Positions 1-7,218 of a stretch of DNA of 34,966 nt are shown one piece after another. Source of the DNA: a virus (lineage: Duplodnaviria > Caudoviricetes); IMG/VR virus record IMGVR_UViG_3300027672_000035, positions 1-34,966 of that record; one strand, 5' to 3'. Position 1 is the stretch's first letter. Every line of letters begins with the position of its first letter. The notes beneath the pieces were generated by a model. It was not told the origin of the DNA. It saw only the letters and a program-made list of their open reading frames with translations, and did not search any database. The position numbers were made by a program, and so were the translations under genes.

Positions 1-20
1 AGGAACTCTGATATAATTAG
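1..20 (+). repeat. 20-bp early-region motif, copy 1 (AGGAACTCTGATATAATTAG)
   Basis: Near-identical copies at 295-314 and 532-551; contains TATAAT; ATG follows at 23. Confidence 0.75.
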
Positions 21-22
21 AT

Positions 23-295
23 ATGAAAGAAAGTAAAAAAGGATGGGATGTGTATGCTGATGAGGAGTATAATAAATATAATGGCCGTGAGGATGTATGT
101 ATTGATGAAGTGATTAAGGAGCAGGGAGAGCGTGAGCAGAGTGCAGCACAAGATCAAGCTGATATCATCTCTCATTTGATTGAGAGGGTTGGAGAGTTAA
201 GAGAGGAGAATGCTGCTATCGAGATGTTGAAGGAGGAAAATGCTGCTCTCAAGCATCTCAATAAGCTTCTTGCAGATGAGATCACTAACTCGTAA
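23..295 (+). CDS. Hypothetical acidic coiled-coil early protein
   Basis: 90-aa ORF, E/D-rich with heptad-like C-terminus; flanked by motif copies. Confidence 0.7.
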   Translation: MKESKKGWDVYADEEYNKYNGREDVCIDEVIKEQGEREQSAAQDQADIISHLIERVGELREENAAIEMLKEENAALKHLNKLLADEITNS

Positions 296-314
296 GAAAC
301 TCAGATATAATTAG
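295..314 (+). repeat. 20-bp early-region motif, copy 2 (AGAAACTCAGATATAATTAG)
   Basis: 18/20 identical to copy 1; starts at the stop codon of the upstream ORF; ATG at 316. Confidence 0.75.
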
Positions 315-315
315 G

Positions 316-531
316 ATGAAAAAAAATAAAGATTTACAAACCGCTAATTTTGTGGTAGAATATATCCAGAATCAAAAAGGAACCTACAACTTACTAAACA
401 TGCCCAATCCATATACAAAAAAGCCTCTCTACACTCCTAAAGTCATCCTCAAGATCATTGGCTTAACATATATGGGATGGTGTACAGCTCTAGTAACATT
501 CACAATTGTGGGTGATATGATCTTCAACTAA
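316..531 (+). CDS. Small hypothetical membrane protein (true start may be ATG 400)
   Basis: Hydrophobic C-terminus ILKIIGLTYMGWCTALVTFTIVG; the 5' part of the ORF overlaps a promoter, favouring the in-frame ATG at 400. Confidence 0.55.
   Translation: MKKNKDLQTANFVVEYIQNQKGTYNLLNMPNPYTKKPLYTPKVILKIIGLTYMGWCTALVTFTIVGDMIFN
333..361 (+). promoter_or_regulatory. Sigma70-type early promoter
   Basis: TTTACA(333-338)-N17-TAGAAT(356-361), extended -10 TG, upstream A-tract. Confidence 0.75.
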
Positions 532-551
532 AGGAAATCAGATAAAATAAG
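532..551 (+). repeat. 20-bp early-region motif, copy 3 (AGGAAATCAGATAAAATAAG)
   Basis: 16/20 identical to copy 1; immediately after the stop at 531; ATG at 555. Confidence 0.7.
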
Positions 552-554
552 AAT

Positions 555-803
555 ATGAACAAAGATACAGTAAAAAAATACTTTGCCATGTCATGGCAGC
601 ATGGACAGGTACATGTCACAACTAATGGGAAACGCTATGGTGTTACCTACTACAGATTCGAATCAGCTCGCGATAGAGCCGCGTGGTGCGCAGGTGGTGG
701 CAGTCTTATATTTTCAAATGACTACCGTGAAGAAGTTTTTGCAGACGACCCAGGACTAAGATATGAGCTCAATTCAAAGTTTGGTGAGGTAGTATCTCAG
801 TAG
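555..803 (+). CDS. Hypothetical early protein
   Basis: 82-aa ORF in the same orientation, preceded by motif copy 3. Confidence 0.65.
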   Translation: MNKDTVKKYFAMSWQHGQVHVTTNGKRYGVTYYRFESARDRAAWCAGGGSLIFSNDYREEVFADDPGLRYELNSKFGEVVSQ

Positions 804-831
804 ATCATAACACTAATCACCCCACTGCCTG

Positions 832-854
832 AGCCTAAACAGCTTGGGCTTTTT
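832..854 (+). terminator. Possible weak intrinsic terminator
   Basis: AGCCTAA-ACAGC-TTGGGCT stem-loop (one G-U pair) followed by TTTT. Confidence 0.4.
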
Positions 855-861
855 GGGTGAA

Positions 862-1401
862 ATGGAAACACACCACGCGTGGATCGACGATAGACTCCCT
901 ACTGAAGACGATGTTAATGAGCACGGCCATATTATCAAGCCTGACAGAAATAGCACGAAAGGATGGTATCCGTCTGACACCCAAGGAATGAAACTAGGTG
1001 ACCCTTGGGCAAGAATTTTATTCATGCCTATTTGGGTTTCCAAAATAAAATTCCCATTAAATTCGAGCATTCCCTTTGATAATCCCTCCACCGGTAATGA
1101 CGAAGCCGTCTGTCATAACTGCGAACCTAAAATTGTGAACAAAGAAATAGCAGCAGAACTCGACGATAGAGCATACGAAGTTGGTAAATTTATTCACCAA
1201 CTCAGTAAGGTTCAAGATGATCATTTTGAAGAGCTTTATAAAGAAGCTCAAATGAAAGGCTGGGTTAAAGGCTTTGGTGTTGATGAGAGTGGTGTAGACC
1301 TAGGAAGAGATTGGCTCTTTGATTACTGCTTTAATGATTTTAATCAGACGTTTAGTGAATATTGCGAAGCGAGAGGGGTAAAACGGCCCTTGCACGACTA
1401 G
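862..1401 (+). CDS. Hypothetical protein (start moved from TTG 844 to ATG 862)
   Basis: Long ORF; N-terminal WIDDRLP segment resembles small phage early proteins; TTG 844 lies inside the hairpin. Confidence 0.65.
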   Translation: METHHAWIDDRLPTEDDVNEHGHIIKPDRNSTKGWYPSDTQGMKLGDPWARILFMPIWVSKIKFPLNSSIPFDNPSTGNDEAVCHNCEPKIVNKEIAAELDDRAYEVGKFIHQLSKVQDDHFEELYKEAQMKGWVKGFGVDESGVDLGRDWLFDYCFNDFNQTFSEYCEARGVKRPLHD

Positions 1402-1458
1402 AAATTCCTACATAATTGAGTAAAAACCGCATAAATGTGCTTTTTATGAAAATAAATG

Positions 1459-1487
1459 TGTACATTCCCCACAAATTGTGGTAGAAT
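1459..1487 (+). promoter_or_regulatory. Sigma70-type early promoter
   Basis: TGTACA(1459-1464)-N17-TAGAAT(1482-1487) with TG extension; shares TTGTGGTAGAATATAT with the 333-361 promoter. Confidence 0.7.
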
Positions 1488-1525
1488 ATATTCAGACAGA
1501 ATCAAAAGGAGATTCTGCAGTACAT

Positions 1526-1533
1526 TATAAATA
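1526..1533 (+). promoter_or_regulatory. T4-type late promoter for the lysis genes
   Basis: TATAAATA ending 16 nt upstream of the lysozyme ATG. Confidence 0.8.
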
Positions 1534-1549
1534 AGTAAATATTAGAAAT

Positions 1550-2179
1550 ATGAAATTAGTAATTTTATTCGGAGCGGTGAGCCTTGTTTCCCATACAGCG
1601 ATTCTCAAAAGCGCCACTCCCATGGCCACAGCCGATGTCCCAAAAGTTCTTGAAGTTATGCGGTCTGAAATCGTTATGCTGTACACAGATCAACCAATGC
1701 TCATTAGGCCCGAGGCTGTACTCGTTAAGCCGAATATCGATTGGGATGGACAAATGGTTGATGGTGTTAAGTTCTTTGAGGGATACAAGATGCGCTCATA
1801 TATCTGCGCAGGAGGTGTTAAGACTATCGGATATGGATGCACCGATATAAAAGTGGTCTCGAGTGGTAAGATCAGTAAAGCCCATGCCGAAAAACTATTA
1901 ATCGCACATCTTGCCGAGGTCAGAGAGAAGGTCAACGATAATGTTACTGTTGAGCTCACAGAATACCAACTGAATGCTTTAACGTCATTCGCCTTTAATT
2001 GCGGAATGAGCAACTTGAGACGATTGGTCGAAGGTGAAGGCAGACTCAACAGCGGAAATTATGAAAGCGTAGAATGTATTCTACCGCAATACCGTATAGC
2101 CGGTGGAAAAGTTCGTAAAGGATTAGAGAAACGGAGAAAATGGGAATTGTCTTTATGGAAAGGTACTCCTAGTATTTAG
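1550..2179 (+). CDS. GH24 phage lysozyme/endolysin with N-terminal signal or SAR-like segment
   Basis: FEGYKMRSYICAGGVKTIGYG gives E-x8-C-x5-T; also ALTSFAFNCG and GLEKRRKWE motifs; hydrophobic N-terminus. Confidence 0.9.
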   Translation: MKLVILFGAVSLVSHTAILKSATPMATADVPKVLEVMRSEIVMLYTDQPMLIRPEAVLVKPNIDWDGQMVDGVKFFEGYKMRSYICAGGVKTIGYGCTDIKVVSSGKISKAHAEKLLIAHLAEVREKVNDNVTVELTEYQLNALTSFAFNCGMSNLRRLVEGEGRLNSGNYESVECILPQYRIAGGKVRKGLEKRRKWELSLWKGTPSI

Positions 2180-2201
2180 AATATTATAAGTATATACAGG
2201 T

Positions 2202-2849
2202 ATGAAATTTAAAGGAAAGAGGGGAATCGTCAAGGAAGTTCAATCGATTCTCGGAATTGAGGATGATGGAGTTGATGGACCAACCACTTGGAAAATGATT
2301 TGGGAGAATTTGGTCCATGAAGAAAAGGTCAAGAAACCTGAGCCACCTGCACCTCCAGCTCCAGCCCATCCACGCGTTAACGATTATCCTGAAGTGTATA
2401 AGGCTAGCCCAAATCAATCTAAGACTATCAAACCTAGGTTTGTCGTTCTCCATCACAGTAGTGGTAGTCACGGCGGTACTAAATCGTGGATTTTAAATCC
2501 TGTATCTCAAGTTAGTTACCACTATCTTATCGCAGGCGACGGTTCAAGAACTCAATTTGTCTATGATACTAAGAAGGCATGGCATGCTGGCAAATCTAAT
2601 TGGAATGGAATCATTGGTTTAAACAGCTATAGCATCGGCGTTTCTTTCTATGGAGACACGTACAAACGAACTCCAAACGTTGTTGAGATCGATTCTGCTG
2701 CTAAGAAGTGTATCTACCTTATGGACAAATTTGATTTCGGCATCGATGCGATTCTTACACACGAAATGATTTCTCCTGGTAGGAAGAACGATCCTTCTGA
2801 GGAAACATACGATCTCGTAATCGCACGGATCAAAGCGCTTAGAGCCTAA
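2202..2849 (+). CDS. N-acetylmuramoyl-L-alanine amidase (Amidase_2) with N-terminal peptidoglycan-binding domain
   Basis: VKEVQSILGIEDDGVDGPTTW (PG-binding), Pro-rich linker, VLHHS...SYHYLI...AWHAG...THEMISPGRKNDP Zn-amidase motifs. Confidence 0.9.
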   Translation: MKFKGKRGIVKEVQSILGIEDDGVDGPTTWKMIWENLVHEEKVKKPEPPAPPAPAHPRVNDYPEVYKASPNQSKTIKPRFVVLHHSSGSHGGTKSWILNPVSQVSYHYLIAGDGSRTQFVYDTKKAWHAGKSNWNGIIGLNSYSIGVSFYGDTYKRTPNVVEIDSAAKKCIYLMDKFDFGIDAILTHEMISPGRKNDPSEETYDLVIARIKALRA

Positions 2850-2850
2850 C

Positions 2851-2890
2851 AAAAAGAGCCGCTCTAAAATAGAGCGGCTCTTTGTTTTTT
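2851..2890. terminator. Bidirectional intrinsic terminator
   Basis: Perfect 14-bp inverted repeat AAAGAGCCGCTCTA/TAGAGCGGCTCTTT (2853-2883) with A and T tracts, between convergent genes. Confidence 0.9.
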
Positions 2891-2902
2891 AATTAAATCT
2901 TA

Positions 2903-3133
2903 TTATTGATTAATAAGCATCTCTCTGAATGAGTAGTCGGAATGAAACACTTGGCCTCGACCGATTAAAGTTCCTTCTTGGAACTGGTAGGTCTGACCGT
3001 CAATCAGTCGAATCTGAGTCGGATCGTAGAGCGCCGAGTTGTTTAGTGTATCTTTGTTTTCTGACCAAGAGTCGCTTGATCCGCAACTTACCAGCAGCAT
3101 CAGCAGAGGAAGCAGCAATAGAATCGATTTCAT
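2903..3133 (-). CDS. Lipoprotein, putative o-spanin (Rz1-like)
   Basis: MKSILLLLPLLMLLVS|C lipoprotein signal; overlaps the upstream ORF in another frame; lysis context. Confidence 0.7.
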   Translation of the reverse strand: MKSILLLLPLLMLLVSCGSSDSWSENKDTLNNSALYDPTQIRLIDGQTYQFQEGTLIGRGQVFHSDYSFREMLINQ

Positions 3134-3233
3134 CTTCTATTTTGTCTATATAGGTTTCTCTCTTCCATCGTATATGAGCCGAGTAGGCCTTAAGCGCTGC
3201 AGTGGCAGCAGACAGTACACCTTTTACCCACAT
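3000..3233 (-). CDS. Putative i-spanin-like protein (Rz-like)
   Basis: Ala-rich weakly hydrophobic N-terminus and helical body; 134-nt overlap with the lipoprotein gene. Confidence 0.5.
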   Translation of the reverse strand: MWVKGVLSAATAALKAYSAHIRWKRETYIDKIEDEIDSIAASSADAAGKLRIKRLLVRKQRYTKQLGALRSDSDSTD

Positions 3234-3242
3234 ACAAATTTA

Positions 3243-3425
3243 CTATTTATTTTTAGCTTTACCGATATTGAGAGCTAGCAAATCAATAAGGCTATATAGT
3301 CTAGCCAACACCGATCCTTTCCTTGGAGTGGGCGTGATAGCAGCGATAGAAGAAGCAAGCGCGACTGTTGCAGCTGCGACTCCAAACCATGGTTTGTCTT
3401 GTACGAATTGTAGTATTAGTTCCAT
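3243..3425 (-). CDS. Small membrane protein, putative holin
   Basis: 60 aa; hydrophobic WFGVAAATVALASSIAAI, TPTP turn, second hydrophobic helix, basic C-terminus; first gene of a late operon. Confidence 0.55.
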   Translation of the reverse strand: MELILQFVQDKPWFGVAAATVALASSIAAITPTPRKGSVLARLYSLIDLLALNIGKAKNK

Positions 3426-3474
3426 ATCTTTTATTTTTCTGTTAGTGGATAGTTTGCATAACCGTCCTCAATTC

Positions 3475-3482
3475 TATTTATA
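3475..3482 (-). promoter_or_regulatory. T4-type late promoter for the holin/spanin operon
   Basis: TATTTATA on + reads TATAAATA on -. Confidence 0.75.
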
Positions 3483-3537
3483 CTTTACGTTTTTTCAGAC
3501 CTGGAAGAAAATAAGCGCAATTAAGGCTAAAATAATA

Positions 3538-3566
3538 TTTACAATTCATCCATTTTATGGTATAAT
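3538..3566 (+). promoter_or_regulatory. Sigma70-type early/middle promoter
   Basis: TTTACA(3538-3543)-N17-TATAAT(3561-3566) with TG extension. Confidence 0.8.
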
Positions 3567-3572
3567 ACTCAT

Positions 3573-4733
3573 ATGCGAATAAAGAAGAATATGAAATTCC
3601 TTAAGTCTGGAAAGGTCGCCTCTCTCGATTTTAAATTTACGGGTGATGAACCAACTTGGCACAATTGCGCTAAGGAAGGCTTCCAAGACAAGCTTGGTAA
3701 ATGCCTGAATTTTTATAACTATTACCTCGACCGGGAGGACTATATTCCAATCATTCAAGAATACATGAAAAAGAATTCTTATTCAGATGATGATATTGCG
3801 TCTATTCCGCACGTTCCAAAAAGTAGTTTTGTGTTTAATATCACAGGAAAGCTTTGCCGTTGCTATAATATGGGAATGCCCGAATTTAGTACTAATCGTG
3901 ATCGTGTCAAAAATAACATAGGCTTCATGTTGTCTGATGCCAAACGTGAAATCCTTCTTAATAAATCTTCACCGGTTAAAACCGCCAACTCCGCACCGAA
4001 ACCAAATGTGCATAGTATTATGACTAAAAAGGTGCAGTCGAATGTATTATGCGAATTAGAAGAGATGTTAGACGTTTGGACAGAACCTAAGGCAAAAATT
4101 AAAAAGATGCCTATTGCTTCTATTCTTCGAGGAGAGAACATCCCAGTGTCGTTTATTGGTCCAGTAGTCCGATGGCTTGAAAGACACAAAAACGATTATA
4201 CCGATGCGTATGAAAAAAGATGTCCTGATATGGTTGAAGGTTTCTCTTACCTTTCAGCACCTCAACTGCGGAATCGTATTAAAGCAATCGATGAGATGCT
4301 AAACGAAATTGTTCTCTATAAATCTTCGAAAAAGGCCGCACGCAAGCCCCGCGTTAAAAAACCGAAATCTGCTGATAAACAAGTCTCTCGATTGAACTAC
4401 CTAAATGAGTCAGTAGAATATTGCATGCAATCGTGTGATCCAACGCGCATTGTGTGTGCCCAAACGATGTTTATGTTTAATACAAAATACAGGAAGGTAA
4501 CAATATTTAAGGCGGCTGGGCCAGATGGATTTACCGTTCAAGGCAGCACGTTAAGGGGGTTTGATGAAACCAAATCATATTCTTTCACATTAAGAAAACC
4601 AAAAGAAGTACTACCAATTCTTGCCAGTAAAACCGAAAGGCAAGTCAACAAAGAACTTTCTAAATTAAAAGCAAAACGCAATCCTGCTAAAGGTCGCATC
4701 AATAAAGACACAATTCTAATTAGAACACTATGA
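3573..4733 (+). CDS. Basic hypothetical protein upstream of gp33
   Basis: 386-aa Lys-rich ORF, coupled to gp33 by an ATGA overlap; no function recognised. Confidence 0.8.
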   Translation: MRIKKNMKFLKSGKVASLDFKFTGDEPTWHNCAKEGFQDKLGKCLNFYNYYLDREDYIPIIQEYMKKNSYSDDDIASIPHVPKSSFVFNITGKLCRCYNMGMPEFSTNRDRVKNNIGFMLSDAKREILLNKSSPVKTANSAPKPNVHSIMTKKVQSNVLCELEEMLDVWTEPKAKIKKMPIASILRGENIPVSFIGPVVRWLERHKNDYTDAYEKRCPDMVEGFSYLSAPQLRNRIKAIDEMLNEIVLYKSSKKAARKPRVKKPKSADKQVSRLNYLNESVEYCMQSCDPTRIVCAQTMFMFNTKYRKVTIFKAAGPDGFTVQGSTLRGFDETKSYSFTLRKPKEVLPILASKTERQVNKELSKLKAKRNPAKGRINKDTILIRTL

Positions 4734-4972
4734 GTAAAGAAAAAATCGTAATCAAGCACGTTATAACAAAAGAGGAATTACGCTTCGAAGTAGATAAGCT
4801 TGTTTACGGAGACGGCATTTCGTACGTAGAAGCAATCATGGAAATCTGCGAAAGAAAAGAAATCGATCCTGAAGATATGGCAAAACTCATTAAAGGCCCA
4901 CTGAAAAGTAGACTTGAGGTTGAAGCGATGGATCGCAATATCATTAAAAGAACCACATCAAAACTATACTAA
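4730..4972 (+). CDS. gp33: Late promoter transcription co-activator gp33
   Basis: SYVEAIMEICE..EIDPE..KLIKGPLKSRLEVEA motif; 33-59-32 synteny. Confidence 0.85.
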   Translation: MSKEKIVIKHVITKEELRFEVDKLVYGDGISYVEAIMEICERKEIDPEDMAKLIKGPLKSRLEVEAMDRNIIKRTTSKLY

Positions 4973-4975
4973 ATC

Positions 4976-5104
4976 ATGAAAACAATCGGACAACACGAAG
5001 TTAAAAAGCCCATTAAAAGAAAAGGCATCCACGCTAAATCAAAAACCTCGACCAATAAAGGATCGACTAATTATAAAAAAACATACAAAGGACAAGGACG
5101 ATGA
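4976..5104 (+). CDS. 42-aa highly basic peptide (absent from the ORF track)
   Basis: MKTIGQHEVKKPIKRKGIHAKSKTSTNKGSTNYKKTYKGQGR; fills the gap 3 nt after the gp33 stop. Confidence 0.7.
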   Translation: MKTIGQHEVKKPIKRKGIHAKSKTSTNKGSTNYKKTYKGQGR

Positions 5105-5169
5105 GCAGTATTAAAGTAATTAGAGACGGTGATTTCGATCAAGACCAAGAGGAAGAATCTTTAAAATAA
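5101..5169 (+). CDS. Possible 22-aa acidic peptide
   Basis: MSSIKVIRDGDFDQDQEEESLK; ATGA overlap upstream and stop 2 nt before the gp59 ATG. Confidence 0.4.
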   Translation: MSSIKVIRDGDFDQDQEEESLK

Positions 5170-5171
5170 TC

Positions 5172-5765
5172 ATGGACGGATATCTAGCATTTCAAATTTA
5201 CCAATCGCTAAAACTCCATTTTACTTCTGACTATGATGCTGTGAAGTACAATTTTAAAACCGCTGTGAAACAGGCGAGTTTCGAGAAAAGGCGGGATCGA
5301 TACTTCTTTGAAAAGCTGTCAAGGCGTTTTAAACGAGAGGAGCTTATTGATTACTTTACGTCAAACATGTTGGAAAACCAGAATGCGTGGATCGGGGATA
5401 TGTCTGACGAAGTCTATTCTGCGTACGGTGCGCGCCATGATAAACTTACTTATATGTTCACTCAAGACATTAAGAAATTAGCCGATTCTGGCTATACATT
5501 CGACGAGCTATGTTCAACTACAGTCGACTACTCGGCCAGTCCTCTTTTAGAGGCCCTCAGAGCGCGTGAGATTCACTTGGAGACAGTAGTCTTAATGGAT
5601 ATACTCGTTAACTTTCTGACGCGTCTGAGAACCGCTGTGGGTGATCCATTAGGCATGAATAAAGACATGATCAACCTACTCCTTAATTATAAGGCGATTA
5701 TGGTTCAGAAGCCATTGCCCACCGCCGCGATTAGAGATAAGGTCCTATTGGCATTCACATCTTGA
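5172..5765 (+). CDS. gp59: Helicase loader gp59
   Basis: YQSLKLHFTSDYDAVKY and FEKRRDRYFFEKLSR motifs; synteny. Confidence 0.88.
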   Translation: MDGYLAFQIYQSLKLHFTSDYDAVKYNFKTAVKQASFEKRRDRYFFEKLSRRFKREELIDYFTSNMLENQNAWIGDMSDEVYSAYGARHDKLTYMFTQDIKKLADSGYTFDELCSTTVDYSASPLLEALRAREIHLETVVLMDILVNFLTRLRTAVGDPLGMNKDMINLLLNYKAIMVQKPLPTAAIRDKVLLAFTS

Positions 5766-5777
5766 GACAATTAGAAA

Positions 5778-6161
5778 ATGCGCAAACTAATTAGAAACGC
5801 AATGGTTACGCCCGATGGTACCTGGCTACAGTCTCGCCACCGTCATGACTACGTAGAATATACCGATGCTAATGGCATGGTGTATATGGTCGATGGTGGT
5901 TTAGATTATGCACGACGAAGCATCAACGATTCAGCACCGCACACCGATAAGTGCGTCTATGATGATAGTCCTCATGAGGAACAGCGCGAAGCTGCAACAT
6001 GGGGAACATACGGTAAGAACGGTGATGAGCCACGATCGTGCATAACTATTGCCAATATGGATAAGGCTCACATCGAGGCTGTCCTTGAATCAGAGCCTCA
6101 AGCGCGGGATTCATTTCGAAATCTCATGATGGCTGAATTGGAATACCGAAAATCTTTATAA
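5778..6161 (+). CDS. Conserved phage hypothetical protein
   Basis: IRNA...SRHRHDY...VDGG..Y.RR motif recurrent in phage proteins; WGTYGKNG segment. Confidence 0.75.
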   Translation: MRKLIRNAMVTPDGTWLQSRHRHDYVEYTDANGMVYMVDGGLDYARRSINDSAPHTDKCVYDDSPHEEQREAATWGTYGKNGDEPRSCITIANMDKAHIEAVLESEPQARDSFRNLMMAELEYRKSL

Positions 6162-6164
6162 ATA
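6157..6164 (+). promoter_or_regulatory. T4-type late promoter upstream of gp32
   Basis: TATAAATA. Confidence 0.6.
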
Positions 6165-6211
6165 AAATACGATCGAGGAGATGCTAAAAGCAAAAAAATG
6201 TCATTATGTGA

Positions 6212-6240
6212 TTTACATTTTAACCATTTTTTAGTATAAT
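6212..6240 (+). promoter_or_regulatory. Sigma70-type promoter for gp32
   Basis: TTTACA(6212-6217)-N17-TATAAT(6235-6240). Confidence 0.8.
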
Positions 6241-6298
6241 AACTCTTGTCAGTCAAAAACAATATACACTGCAAATACAAAAAATACAAAACAATATT

Positions 6299-7201
6299 AT
6301 GTCATTCGAAAAACTAAAACAAAACCGCGCGGACGCGATCTCAAAACTTGTCTCAGCTGCTGATAGCAACAGCGAAAAGAAAAGCTATGGAGACGACCGC
6401 GTATGGAAGCCAACTGTTGATAAAGCAGGCAATGGTTATGCTGTTATCCGCTTCTTGCCAGCAGGAGGTGAAGAAGATCTCCCATGGGTACGATACTGGG
6501 ATCATGGATTTAAAGGATCGACTGGCCGTTGGTACATCGAGAGATCACTGACTTCCATCGGCCAACCAGATCCTGTATCTGAATTGAATTCTCAGCTATG
6601 GAATACTGGCCGAGATGAAGATAAAGAACTTGCTAGACTCCGCAAGCGTCGTCTACATCACGTTTCAAACATCATGGTTGTCTCTGATTCGGGTAATCCA
6701 GAAAATGAAGGAAAGGTATTCCTTTATGAATTTGGTAAGAAAATTATGGACAAGATTATGGATGTCATGCAACCACAATTCCAAGATGAAACTCCGGTTA
6801 ATCCATTCGACTTTTGGTCAGGTGCCAACTTTAAACTCAAAATTCGTAATGTAGAAGGTTATCGAAACTACGATAAATCAGAGTTTGATAGCGCAGCACC
6901 ACTATTTGAGGACGATGATGCACGGCTTGAAGAGGTATACAACAAACTCTATAAACTGAGCGAATACAGCGATCCTGAAAACTATAAGTCATACACCGAT
7001 CTTAAGCGTAAGCTCTTCGAAGTCATTGGAGAAGCTGAAGTTGCTACTGGTCTTTCAACTGAACAACAAGTTGAATTGAATACGGTGAAAGAAGCTCCTG
7101 TTCATAACACTGTCGCTAGCGACACTCCAGCGGCTGACACTACCGAAGGTGATGGCACAGAAGATACTCTCAGCTATTTTGCCCAACTGGCATCCAGTTA
7201 A
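6299..7201 (+). CDS. gp32: Single-stranded DNA-binding protein gp32
   Basis: DDRVWKP..DKAGNGYAVIRFLP, NPFDFWSGANFKLKIR, YRNYDKSEF motifs; acidic tail. Confidence 0.95.
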   Translation: MSFEKLKQNRADAISKLVSAADSNSEKKSYGDDRVWKPTVDKAGNGYAVIRFLPAGGEEDLPWVRYWDHGFKGSTGRWYIERSLTSIGQPDPVSELNSQLWNTGRDEDKELARLRKRRLHHVSNIMVVSDSGNPENEGKVFLYEFGKKIMDKIMDVMQPQFQDETPVNPFDFWSGANFKLKIRNVEGYRNYDKSEFDSAAPLFEDDDARLEEVYNKLYKLSEYSDPENYKSYTDLKRKLFEVIGEAEVATGLSTEQQVELNTVKEAPVHNTVASDTPAADTTEGDGTEDTLSYFAQLASS

Positions 7202-7203
7202 AT

Positions 7204-7211
7204 TATAAATA
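7204..7211 (+). promoter_or_regulatory. T4-type late promoter
   Basis: TATAAATA ending 7 nt before ATG 7219. Confidence 0.8.
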
Positions 7212-7218
7212 TAAGTAC

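Noticed and set aside
1-551. 20-bp repeats as a CRISPR array
   Set aside because: Spacing is 237-294 bp, the intervals are ORFs, the repeats are degenerate and no cas genes are present
3426-3470. Five-codon minus-strand uORF (MQTIH) with a GAGGA site upstream of the putative holin
   Set aside because: Too short to distinguish from chance, and the surrounding hairpin is imperfect
3202-3582. 126-aa plus-strand ORF
   Set aside because: It is antisense to the holin-like gene and runs through two promoters
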